Assembly (NCBI GenBank): GCA_904063045.1
Contig: CAJFCJ010000008.1
Coordinates: 1,426,001-1,490,000 of the forward strand
Length of the DNA stretch: 64,000 nucleotides
Source of the DNA: Dimorphilus gyrociliatus
Taxonomy: Eukaryota > Animalia > Annelida
Direction of reading: 5' to 3'
The position numbers were made by a program, and so were the translations under genes. Below are positions 1-11,677 of the stretch, one piece after another (the stretch's first letter is position 1; the number at the start of each line of letters is the position of its first letter). The notes beneath the pieces were generated by a model that was given only the letters and a program-made list of their open reading frames with translations, was not told the DNA's origin and searched no databases.

Positions 1-75
1 TACTGACCTAAACTATTTTCTTTTTAGACCTCTTAATTCTCAGTTCAGAAAATGAGAATCGGATGCTATTGAAAC

Positions 76-1272
76 ATGGAAGCTTTTACAAGAGCCACAC
101 CTCTGAACGCCACGAATGGGACATACGAAATCGAATTTTCTAGCATCATTTACGCATTTATCTATTCTTTAATTTGCGTTCTCGGTACTATTGGCAATGG
201 ATTAGTGATCATTGTCATTATCAGATACGCTAAAATGAAAACAGTAACCAACACTTACCTGTTGAATCTGGCTATTTCAGATTTGTGCTTCCTTGTTGGT
301 TTACCTTTTTTAACGGTAACTATTCTTGTTAGGCATTGGATATTTGGTAGTAGTATGTGTAAAATATTTATGATGTGTACGTCTACTAATTCGTTCACTT
401 CTGCGTTCACTTTAACCGTTATGTCCTTCGATCGTTGGCTGGCTGTTTGTCACCCTGTTAGGTCTATATCTTATAGAACACCTTTGGTTGCAAAGTTTGT
501 CTCAGTCGGAGTATGGGGCTTATCTATGTTAGTAATGATACCCGTTTTTCTCTATTCGACGACAGTAACAAATAATCCTGGAAATCAAAAAGAATCATGC
601 AAATTAATCTGGCCCAAAAATCAGGCAATTATTCACCCTGATAAAGCGTTCATTTGGTACGGATTACTGCTGGGTTTCGCCATTCCCACCGCCCTAATTT
701 CTGTCTTCTATATGTTAGTTGTCATACGATTAAAGTCTGTTGGGCCCAAGAATAGGAAGAATTCAGATAATAGGAAGAGAACGCACACAAGAGTTACAAA
801 ATTAGTTCTAACAGTTATCGCAGTTTATGTTATCTGCTGGTTACCCCATTGGATTTATCAGATTTATTTTACTTTTGCTAAAGACAAACCTCCAGATTGG
901 GTTATCAATTTGTATCAAGCAATAACGATTCTATCTTATACCAATTCAACATTGAATCCAGTTCTGTATGCTTTAATGTCGGATAACTTCCGAAAAAGTT
1001 TCTCTAAAGCTTTCCGATGCATTTCCAAAACGGAAGTTGAAGGAACACTGAACGTTGAGCCTTCAATATTTCCAAGGAGGAAGAAAAGCAGACCTCAAAA
1101 TAGACTAACCTTAGAATTAGCCAAACAAAAGTCAACATCTAATTTAGAATTACACGAAGAGGCAGTTGTAGAGGCTTTCCTGAATGAAAAAATGAACGAT
1201 CAAGAAGAAAATAACAAAAATGTCTGTTCAGTACAAGAGTCTCCTGAAGGTCGTCTAGCCTGCCAAGTATAA
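76..1272 (+). CDS. AstC-R: Allatostatin-C / somatostatin receptor-like class A GPCR, intronless CDS, 398 aa
   Basis: 7 TM segments; GN-LV in TM1, KMKTVTN-Y-LNLA-SD in ICL1/TM2, DRW-AVCHP, CWLP in TM6, NPVLY in TM7. ICL1/TM3 wording is typical of SSTR/AstC-R. N-glyc sequons NAT/NGT at the N-terminus. A 5'UTR intron acceptor (branch CTGAC 3-7, AG 26-27) lies upstream. Confidence 0.9.
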   Translation: MEAFTRATPLNATNGTYEIEFSSIIYAFIYSLICVLGTIGNGLVIIVIIRYAKMKTVTNTYLLNLAISDLCFLVGLPFLTVTILVRHWIFGSSMCKIFMMCTSTNSFTSAFTLTVMSFDRWLAVCHPVRSISYRTPLVAKFVSVGVWGLSMLVMIPVFLYSTTVTNNPGNQKESCKLIWPKNQAIIHPDKAFIWYGLLLGFAIPTALISVFYMLVVIRLKSVGPKNRKNSDNRKRTHTRVTKLVLTVIAVYVICWLPHWIYQIYFTFAKDKPPDWVINLYQAITILSYTNSTLNPVLYALMSDNFRKSFSKAFRCISKTEVEGTLNVEPSIFPRRKKSRPQNRLTLELAKQKSTSNLELHEEAVVEAFLNEKMNDQEENNKNVCSVQESPEGRLACQV

Positions 1273-4200
1273 TGGGTTAACTGGGTAAACACTTCTAACC
1301 AAATTTCTCTATATTTTAAAAGTTACATATTTCTATTTATGAATGCATAATAATATACAATGTTTTCCACATTTAAACTCATGTGAAGTATCCAAATAAC
1401 ATATAACATTTCAAAAATGCATATTATGTTTATATAAATATGTATATTAGCAGTATTGCAACCTAAGTTTGTCTGTGTTTGCTTTTAAACGCAAAAAGAG
1501 GAGCTAAATAGTGCATGATTACTTAAGGTTCGAAATGTGTATATATTTAAAACAGGTATCCATGTTGTATTATAAGAAATTTTTATTAAATACTTTCATA
1601 CAAGAAAAAATACTGTTGACTTTTAGTTATTACAAGGTTACAGCAAATTTAGCTTAGTAGAATAATCCACCGTTCCTTCAATTAAATTAAGAATGAACAA
1701 TAATAGCTAATCGAAAATAAAAGTGTACAAATATATAGAGAAGATATAACGAACCATTCATCGATATCCGGTTTTTTATTTATATTTAAAAACGGAAACG
1801 AACATTCTCCAGTAATTGTTAGTGAATGTGTACTCTATATGGATCGTATTGATGAATTGTGTGGTATGAAACAGCCTAAAAAATTACCTACTAAAATTAT
1901 AAACGTGCTCTAATTAAAAATGTGCCGATATTAGAAAAGGGGTTAATTTGAAAATTCACTCCTTTTCTTGCTTCGTTTTTTCAATTGGAGGTGTCATTTC
2001 CATATTTATTTTAAAAAAATTTTTCCATCTTAGTACATTACAAAGAAAAAAAATGCTTCTCTTTTCTTACTCTCACTTACAATGTTTAGGTGTGAGCCTT
2101 TAGAGATAGATTATATCCTTTTTTCAAGTATTTTGTTGAAAGCAATAATCATTTCTTACTTTATAGAGGAAAATTACCTCTAGAAAGAATGGTTGAAAGA
2201 AGAGACCCTTACGTAAATACTATGCAGTATTTTGTACAGTCATTAATTAATATCCATTAGTTTCCTTCAGTCACGCTTCCGTCCGCTAGTGGTCAACGGC
2301 CGTGTTTTAAAACTAATAATACCCCACTGAGCCAATTCCGAATACGAACCCTCGTGTCTCTATCTATTCCTCGTGTTCTTTCTATAAAATCCATTACTAT
2401 AGTAGAATTTTTGATTTGCTAACATTTATTTCTAAAAATAAGCACATATGTAATTTTGTTGTATTATTTAAATATATGTATAGCTGGAAGAGTAGAATAA
2501 AGAGCAGATATTTTTAAAACATAAAGGAGAATGGGTGCGAGAGGAGAAAGATAAAGATAATATTAGACAGACACAAACCTATAAAGAATGAGAGTGAGAC
2601 TGAGAGGAGCAGGTAAAATACTTTGAGAAAAGGAAAAAAGATATTTTTAAGTATGTACAGCATTTTTCTCATAATTAGTGTGGACACGAGGAGATTTCTT
2701 TTTCATTAAACGACCAACAGAAGATATATTGTAGACATATGGCACTTGCTATTTTAATAGTTGCCTATAGGTAGAATTTGTATCATATTAAGTTGCGTCC
2801 TCCAACAGTTCTAATGGGTATCGCGTTTATGTTTCTTTATGATTCTCTGCTTTCATAATTTATATTTTGATATAATTTGCTTCAAACATATAAATTACCG
2901 AATAAATGTACAAACGCTCATTGCAAGTAAAGCTCTGACAGAGGGATGTATTATTAGAGATATTCTCTCAAGCTACAAGTAGGAGTATATTTTTTTCTTA
3001 AGAGTACTAAGAATCCATTAAAAAATGTATAGCTTTCTAAAATATTAAAAATATGCAATTAAACTGCTTTACAGAAAGTAAAATAAGTCAGACATATGGA
3101 TGATTTAAGAAACGCACGAAAATTAAAAATAGTTCCCTTTCTTTCTACGCAGGTGTTTGTAACAAGTACATATACTTACCTATTGAGTAGTACAAAAGTC
3201 GCATTTTCACCGTGTTTCTAGTTCATCCTTTGTATAGTGTTGGTGAATTAAGCAAACGAGCGGCTTAATGAAGTCTCCATTCTTATTATCAGCCGCATTA
3301 AACATTATCAAATTTATTAACGTGTCTCTATACGGTTTTTGTTATACTTTGCATTTTTTGTAGTTTTTTATTCTTTCTCTAATCTATCAATTATTATAGT
3401 CTCGTCCTTATAGCTTCTCTATCGGCGAACGTATAGCTAGTGCTTTCAAATAAACTAAGCATTCGAGCAAAATTAGAGGCACGTAAGAACTTCAATAGTG
3501 CTATTATTGTTCTTTCTTTTTAAATCATCTATCATTTTCATAAAGCAAACGAACTTAAGGTGTTTAAGGTGACTAGTTTTTATTACCTATTTTGACTTCC
3601 TTAATATTTATCTTTTTTGCAAGAAAAATCTCTTCATCAATTTTCATATCTAGCGAAAAAGTACTTGATAATATTTACATGACCTTCTTTTTTTTCGATT
3701 TAGGAGAATAAAATTAGAGATTACATATACACTTTCTACAGTATAAGAAGTTTACAAAATAAAGGAGCCAGTTTTGTAAACAGTATCAGCAAATTAATAA
3801 AATTATATATATTTCCAAAATAATATCCTACGTCTCCTATTTTAATGGATTATACTTAGGGAAGAAAGGGAAAATTGTTATGAAATACAAATTCCTGCAA
3901 TTTTCGATTTCTCGAGTAAAAAGGATAGAAGAGAAAGAAAATCTAAAAAGCAATAAATATATATTGGGCGTCTACAAAACAGTTTACCTATAGTATAAAA
4001 AATCTTTTACCAATCGATCTATTAAAGTTGTGATAGAGGCGGTTTATAACGACATACGCAAATAAAATTTGTCTTCAAGCCGATTTCATTGATTAGATCT
4101 AAATATATGTGTGCTTACGCATTCAACGGTTTCATTAAGCTGATTAATTGGAGGAGAAAATTCATTACGTGCTTTCTTGTATAGTATTTGGACGCTTTTT

Positions 4201-7200
4201 GACGCAGATTTTCTTTGTGATAAATTTATTATGCTATTCGGATAAAATTTAATTACTGAGGTGACATTGTCTATTAATCAATTATTCCATTTTTATTTAC
4301 AAATATTACCTCAAGTTCTTTTGTATTTGTTGACTGTTTAATTTTAATTACTAGCCTTTGCATAGAGTACAAGTAAAGTTTTTGCATGATCCCACTTTTT
4401 CTTCTTTTCTATTCCTATTCCTTCCCCTACGTGACAGCCAAAATACATCAATAAGTTATTATCCCTAGTACATATTCTCCAATAGTGTTGAATATGTAAG
4501 AAATTTTTATCAAAAGCATAATTGTTTCCAAAATTCAGGAGTAGCTCATTAGTCAATAATACAGCATAGATATATAGAGAATAATATCTAATATCCACTA
4601 TCTATTCACATAAATACATAGTTATATCGAACAGTAGTGTATATTTAATGAAGAACGAAATAGTTATTAGGTTAAACGACCCTGTTCCTCTCTATTTAAG
4701 TATGTTTATCATATACTTTTTATAAATACTGTATACACTGACAATCTAAAACAATATAAACTTAGTATGCTATGCTACTTTATTTTAAACATTAAAGGAG
4801 TGACTATAGGTAATTAAATGTTAATTTTTACATGTCGAAAAACAAATATTTTTCAAAAAATATATTTACTTTTTTAATGTAATTTCTAGCCTAATTTTTA
4901 TTCAAAGCACGTAATATGAAAAAATATATCTTGTATTACCTAAATTTTCAGATTGTATTCCTGCTAACATATATTCTTTACAATCTTAATTTTAAAAAGA
5001 AATTTAATCGGAAATTAAAAACGTGTCCAGCATGACCTTATTTTGTTGGAAGCCTGTGCTCCCATCTCTTTTTATTTTGACCCACTATCGGATATCAAAT
5101 TAACGATTTTATATGTTTCCTCTTAAAGCTTTTTCAATGCTTTCCATCAAGTAACAGCACTGAGCTGGCATTGTTTAACAACGCTGAAATATAGAAAAAT
5201 ATGATGTATAACTTAAACTCAAGTGCGTTAAGTGTAAATAAAAAATAAACTGAAAAGTCATGTTTTAATAAGTATTTTCTACGTTATATAAATTACATTA
5301 CTAGCAGTAATTGTATATACATACCGTACAATATATAAGATGTTTTTGAATATCCTGTATGCTTCACTTGTACCCTATTTTTATTATTATGCTAATTTTT
5401 ACTTTTTAATTCAGTAGCAGATAAATATTGTTATTAAGAAAATAGCATAAAAATAGTTACAGTTGTTTTATTAAGTATAAAACTAATGATAGCAGGTCAT
5501 TATTTTTACTTCCGCCAACAAATTTATTTTGAAATAATAAAACAGAGCTTAATTAGACGAAAAACAAAGAGATGTATTATTCTATCTTAAGCTACTGATT
5601 AAAAATTTATAGCTAGCTCGTAATAGTATATAGTGTTAAAAAAAAAGGCTAGTTCTGAATACATAGTTAGGTTTCACCTCTCATCCAACATAGAAATAAG
5701 CTATTACCAATCGGAAATTGAGTATACAATAATTTTGTGGAACTAATAGGTAGTACTTGAATCTTGACTTAATGATACAAAAATTGATAAAAGTTACAAT
5801 TTTCAAAAAGTATATTCTCTATAATTAAATTGCTGAAACTAGAAAAGTAGTAAAGAAATGTCTGATAAAGAATGAAAAGACCTAAAAGCTTCAATTTTAA
5901 AGCATGTATGCCCTTATGTAATTTAATAAAGTGTATTAAAGAAAGAGGAAAAACAACTCATTTTCCTGTGTCATAACATAAGATGCTGTTTTCTTTTTTT
6001 AAAACCTATTCTCCTCTTTTACCCTCAATTAAATTTTTTAAGATACTTAATAGTGACACTATAGAGAAAAGAAATTTTAAAAAAAGTAAAAAAAATTTTT
6101 GATTAATTAATAAAAAAAGTTAAACCTACTTCCTTTATATTCTTATTCAATAGTCTACTTACTAATGTTTTTGTTATAAGTTTCATAATAACTAAATTAT
6201 ACCAATAGTTATTGTATCATTACTATTTTGATTTGAAAGAAAATAGACAAACGAAAATAAAAGTATTTTGACACTCAGCATGCCAAAAGAAAAACACTTT
6301 ATTATGCAAATCATGAAATTTTTTATCTTATTACTCATTCCAATACGATTATGTGATCGAAATTTGTTAGTCGTAGTCGTTGGTAGAACAAAATCTGTAC
6401 TAGAGTAAGAGAGCGAAATCAAAAAAGAAAAGCTTTTTTTAAAAATATAATGTCAAAAGTGTTGGCCAATTGGAGCAGGAAAGTAGGAAGGGTGATAAAA
6501 ATATACATAGTGTATAAAAGATTTAAATTTTTTCTTTATATTTTTATTAAATATAAATATAAAGAGCTAAAAAAGAATTCCACACTATAATTAATATGTA
6601 AAAATAGACAATGTGATATCTTAAAACCTTATGCTGAGTAGGTAAGTATATTAATTTCGTTTGTATATTTTTTGTTCTTCTTAATAAAAGCATTGAATGC
6701 CTGACAGTATCTTGATGCAATTTTGTTTTATTGTATCTACGGTGGCACGACTGCATTTACCCTTCATGTTAAAAGCAATTTTCTGTGTTTTATCGCACAT
6801 ATAACAGTGTAAAAAATACATGATTTATTGCAATAGTTATTATCATTTCTAGTAGTGCATCATAAAATCCTCTCCCTTTTGAACTATCACTTTGCGCACA
6901 GCAGAGTTATGGACTGTATGGTGAAACTTACATATAATGAATTTAAATATTACTTTTTCCCGGATTAATTAACATACGCAAACTTAATTATAGCTAATGT
7001 GAAATATGTATAATAATTTTTACACCTAGAAAAAATTGTAAGTTTTAGTTTTAGCTGAAATATATAATTGGTTTTCAATAAATTATATTCTATTTTCTTT
7101 GATATATATTTATAGACATTTTATTAAAAAATAATATTATATTAATTGGTAATATGTTAAGCTGCTGCCTTTAGAAGACATGCTATGTTAATGAGACCAT

Positions 7201-10200
7201 TATATAAATTTTTAAATGAAAACTGAGGAAGTAGTCGACTATTTTCTGTATCCTTCAACTATTTTCTTAGTAAGACTACACGTTTTCTATTTCCTAAGTT
7301 AATAATGGCAGTTGTCAAGTGAAAACTTTCGATAATCCAATGATTGAGATAAAAGACATAAGGACAAGCGTAAATAAACCTTTGTAGGTTGTTGGACGTT
7401 TTGTTACGTGACTGTAGAGGAAGTTCATACAGACATAATTGATAGTGACGCTTTCCGCTTACATCTTTATTGAGTACTGTTTGTTAAATAACAGTCTTTT
7501 CTCAAGAGGCATAATAACTGAAGAATATCAATAAACCACAGCCCGAGGCTCTATTTTACGAAATTTGTTTTTGAAGGCTAAGTGAAAATTCAATATTTTA
7601 TTATTTAACAGATAAAAATACCAGCACCCAATGCACATATAACATATCAATAACTCAATCCTTACCTATACAGTTATATATTGAGTGATTGTCGGATAAT
7701 TCTCAACATTTAAGATATAAATTGAAATAAGCATATTTCATAAAATTCCCTCAACTCTTTTTGAGTTTCAAACTCATATTCGATCTTTGAAATTGAATAA
7801 TATACCATCAAGATTGTCTCTGCAGTAATATGGCAAAGTCCCCCCATATATGGACGATCAGGCAAAAGATTAGGTATAAAATAAGCAATTTAGATAATTA
7901 ACATTGAAGACTGCTCTCCACATCAAAAGAAGAACTCAAGGCTATAGTTTTGAAAAGTCTTTCTTGTCATTACCTTTATACTCCAATGTAAAAACCTCTT
8001 TGTAGTCTTTCACTTGTTAATGAGACTTTTTTATGTACACATGTACGCTATTATCATAGAGATATAACTTGATCGACTTAAATGTTCATAAATTATTGTC
8101 TTTTAAGAAGTTGCTTTAAGGGGAAGTGTAGCAAGAAAATTTCCTGTTTACTACTGCCTTTTATTGTCTTTCATCAGAATAAATCGCCTATGGGCTTACA
8201 CTATATGTTTTTACTACTTATAGAAGTAATATTAAAGGCCATAAGAAGAATTTCTAAATTCTCAACAACAATGTAATGGATGATAAATAAAAGTTTGTTC
8301 TTTAAAAAGTTACATTTTCGAAAGCATATTATTCTAAAAACAATTAACATATCACATCTCATCAGATTTTTAATAATGCTCTTTACTTATTTGAAGAAAT
8401 CTTTACATAGCTTCGTTAATTTAACACTATATCAGAATGAGAAATAATAAAATGGTTTCCGTTTCTTTTTCATATAATAAGCATCCATTATAAAATATAT
8501 ATACAATGAAATTCCTATTTTTATCAATTGTTTATATTGTATTTTATCCTTATAAATAACAAATACAAAGAAATAATTGATCCATGTCTTACTTATTATT
8601 TTTTCTTGTTATCGTTCTATCTGTGTGTCAATTTTAAAATATCAGCACCTCTTTTGCTGAACAAATGTATCTGTATAATAAAAGACAGAATGAATAATAT
8701 TACACTTTATTATTTAAAATATATCATTAAGTGCTATAACACAAATTGAAAATTTAAGATCCATACTTTCTAATTGTCTTTAAGTTTAAATATATTATCC
8801 CCACTGATTACAAGAAGTTTTAACAGTTACGCATTCGTCTTTTTTTCAATGGTCTTCTTTCTACCTGGTTTTTAGTTGTTTAATCAGTGAAAAATCAACC
8901 CTCTAGTTATCCGGTTAGTGGATATTTCTAGAGCTGCATAGGATTTATATCAAAGTATTAAGTCTACATTATAGCCTATTAGCGTAAAATTAACAAAGTT
9001 CAACTTATACCATCAAAAGATACCTTTTTATTTAAAAAAAATGATCGTAAAGGCATAAAAACAAATACTAATCCGAAGAACTAGTGAATATGCTATGAAA
9101 GTAAATGAATGCAACGAAAGTTTCCTTAAAGAACAGAACAAAGAATCCGGTTAAGAAACCTCGTAACTACTCACATAACTCATAACTAAGAAGTTCATTA
9201 AATAAAAATTTAGCTGTCAAGAAGAAGAAAGAGAAAAAAATTAAATGAAATTTGAATGAACAAATATTAAAAGTGATGTCTAGGAAAAGAAAAAGCGTCA
9301 GGTGTTCGTTAACTTACAAACGCTTCCAGCGGTTAGAGAATGCCAGATTCTACAAAAAACCGTTAATGAACAAGACGATAAATTAGCGAATGCAGCCTTA
9401 TGCGTCAAAGAAAAATCGTTACGTGACATTAACGGTTGGTTTTTTACTTTTAATAAGAAAGTGAGCAAAGAAAGTGAGATAAGGGTCATAAATATACTTT
9501 GAATCTTAAATCTCTGCACAAGACCTAGGAAAAAGTAAAATTGTTTAACATGCCTCTAAAGCAAAAAGATAAAGATAAGCTCGAAATAAATTCAGAGGGA
9601 GAGGTTGGTCTGTTGGTCTAAACTGTTTAGTATTATAAAAAGGATTTAATTAATTTAAAAAAACTGATACTTAGTTGGAGGACCAAATTATTTCAAAGAA
9701 ATTGAAACCATTGATAACTAGTTCCAGGTATGGTTTCTTACTAATTATCATTATTTCCCAAGGGTTGAGGTCGAGATGAAGTTATTTTGCCAAATTAGCT
9801 AGGAGATGAGAATAAATAACGTATTTAAGGTAAGTCTTGTATTTTCTTGAAATAATAACCTCTTAAAGACTACAAAAGACTTGTCAACAACAGAACATAT
9901 TTCAATACACCACGTAAATAATACTTAATTTGCTTTCTTATACTTTAGCATCTTTATCTAATAGTTGAATACCATAGTTCTCATAAGTTCTCATATCTTT
10001 TTCTAAGTTGTCTCACTGAACATATTTGACGTATGCTCCCTATTGACAGATTTTCTTTAGTTAGACCATCTTCCTTAATATTAATTTAATTCTTAAAATT
10101 TACCGAAGATAAAGGAAATTATAAAAAATACGACAATCGCACTTTAAAGAAATGTATAATATTGAAAAACTATGAAAGCAAAAAAACTATGATTGTTCTG

Positions 10201-11620
10201 GCATGAAAAATTTATGAAGAACAATAACGAAGGCCTTTAATCTAGAGCTTTAAAAAACTAAAAAAATCAATTGTAGAAATTATTTGTTTGAAATATCAAC
10301 AGCTTCTAAGTGTTCGTAATTGTTACAAAAGATTTTTTGGTTATCATCCTACATTGATGATCATTAACCTCTTTGACTTAAATATTCCCCCGTTGCCCTA
10401 CATAATGTATAGCAGTAATACAAAGCCACTTAAAAAGCATCGAAATCTCTTGTACTACAAAAATCTATATAAATGATCATCAGGATATAAAAAGGGTAAA
10501 AGTGGAAGCAAAAAAAAAAGAGATGAGCTATCAGACTTTATCTAAATATAGAAAAATCAATTTATCCTTATTTATCAACTTTTTAAATATGATAAAGTTA
10601 TATAAATAAAAGTTCAATCACTGTTGTGCCAAAAAGTGTCACAATTTTGAATTATTTCCTTTTCCTGTATATATAAAGGTATAAAGTATACCTAGCTAAA
10701 AGGAAGAAATCGTCTGTTCCTCAAGAATTGTTCAACAAAAATAGCAAATATTTTCTACTAATGATTATTATCAATATCGAATATTAAATCATTATTTAAA
10801 TATATCAACAGCTACAGATAACAGTAAATTCTTTTAAAGTACCATTTCGAGATTGATTTATAAAATGATTGAAATTGATTTACTTATTTCTTCAAAACCG
10901 TTTTATCTTTAACGTAAATATTTTACATCTTATAAAATTGAGTGCAAAAAAATATTTGAATTAAGGCCGATCTTCTTCCACATAAAGATTCATAAAATCA
11001 TAATAAAAAATGAGGTGTTATACTTTAAACATTTTCTTCTTCTAATTTTAAAACTAAATGCTGTTTCTACAGCAAAGGTTCGAACAATAGAAGCTAGATC
11101 AGTTCTCATTTTGAATCAACACAACTCTGTGACTATATCTCAGCTCCAATTCAATATTATATCACGAATCAGGAAAATATGTGGCTTATGAGAAATTCTC
11201 TCATTAACCTGTCTCCTCTCAGAATAGATGTCAAATATTTTACTATTAATTTGCTGTTATAAAAAAATAGGATTTGGCACGAGATGGCGCCTCTTGTTAG
11301 TATTTTTATTTATTCCCTCTGGTTTTTAGATGAGAATAATCGTACGTAAATAAAGTTACACACGACTTTTAGAGATTATTCCATTAGCGCTTTCTTAAGT
11401 CTCGTGAATAGTAACTTCCCACCTCATTATCATTCCTACTTTATCTCGTGACGTGTTAGACGAGGCGTAAAGATACCGATAAGAAAGGGTTAAGAAAGCG
11501 TTTCTCATGCCGTTAAATCACTGAAATTGCCCGTTGGTTGAGTAAATAGAAGCCAAGAGGCAAGCAGACTACTTCAATCTTCTTGAGAGGCATATTTCAT
11601 TTTGAAAAGAAGAGACTAAA

Positions 11621-11677
11621 TTGACCTAAGTAAACACGTGCGTCTATCGTCGCACGGGTCAATAAAGGTCAGGGTCG
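11621..11677. promoter_or_regulatory. Nuclear-receptor half-site cluster (DR4 GGGTCA-ATAA-AGGTCA) plus E-box
   Basis: TGACCT 11622-11627, CACGTG 11635-11640, GGGTCA 11656-11661, AGGTCA 11666-11671, GGGTCG 11672-11677, in a locally GC-enriched island. Motif match only. Confidence 0.35.

Noticed and set aside
2485-2640. Purine-rich GA tracts (also ~13230-13375, ~46741-46790, ~57131-57160)
   Set aside because: Low-complexity strand bias without a defined unit; cannot be separated from background.
7844-7853. Perfect CArG box CCATATATGG
   Set aside because: A single 10-mer with an AT core is expected by chance; no supporting context.
9461-9470. GTGAGCAAAG (miR-87-like start) and ATACTGTCAGG (miR-8-like, ~6700, - strand)
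   Set aside because: Matches stop after 10-11 nt and no precursor hairpin is evident.
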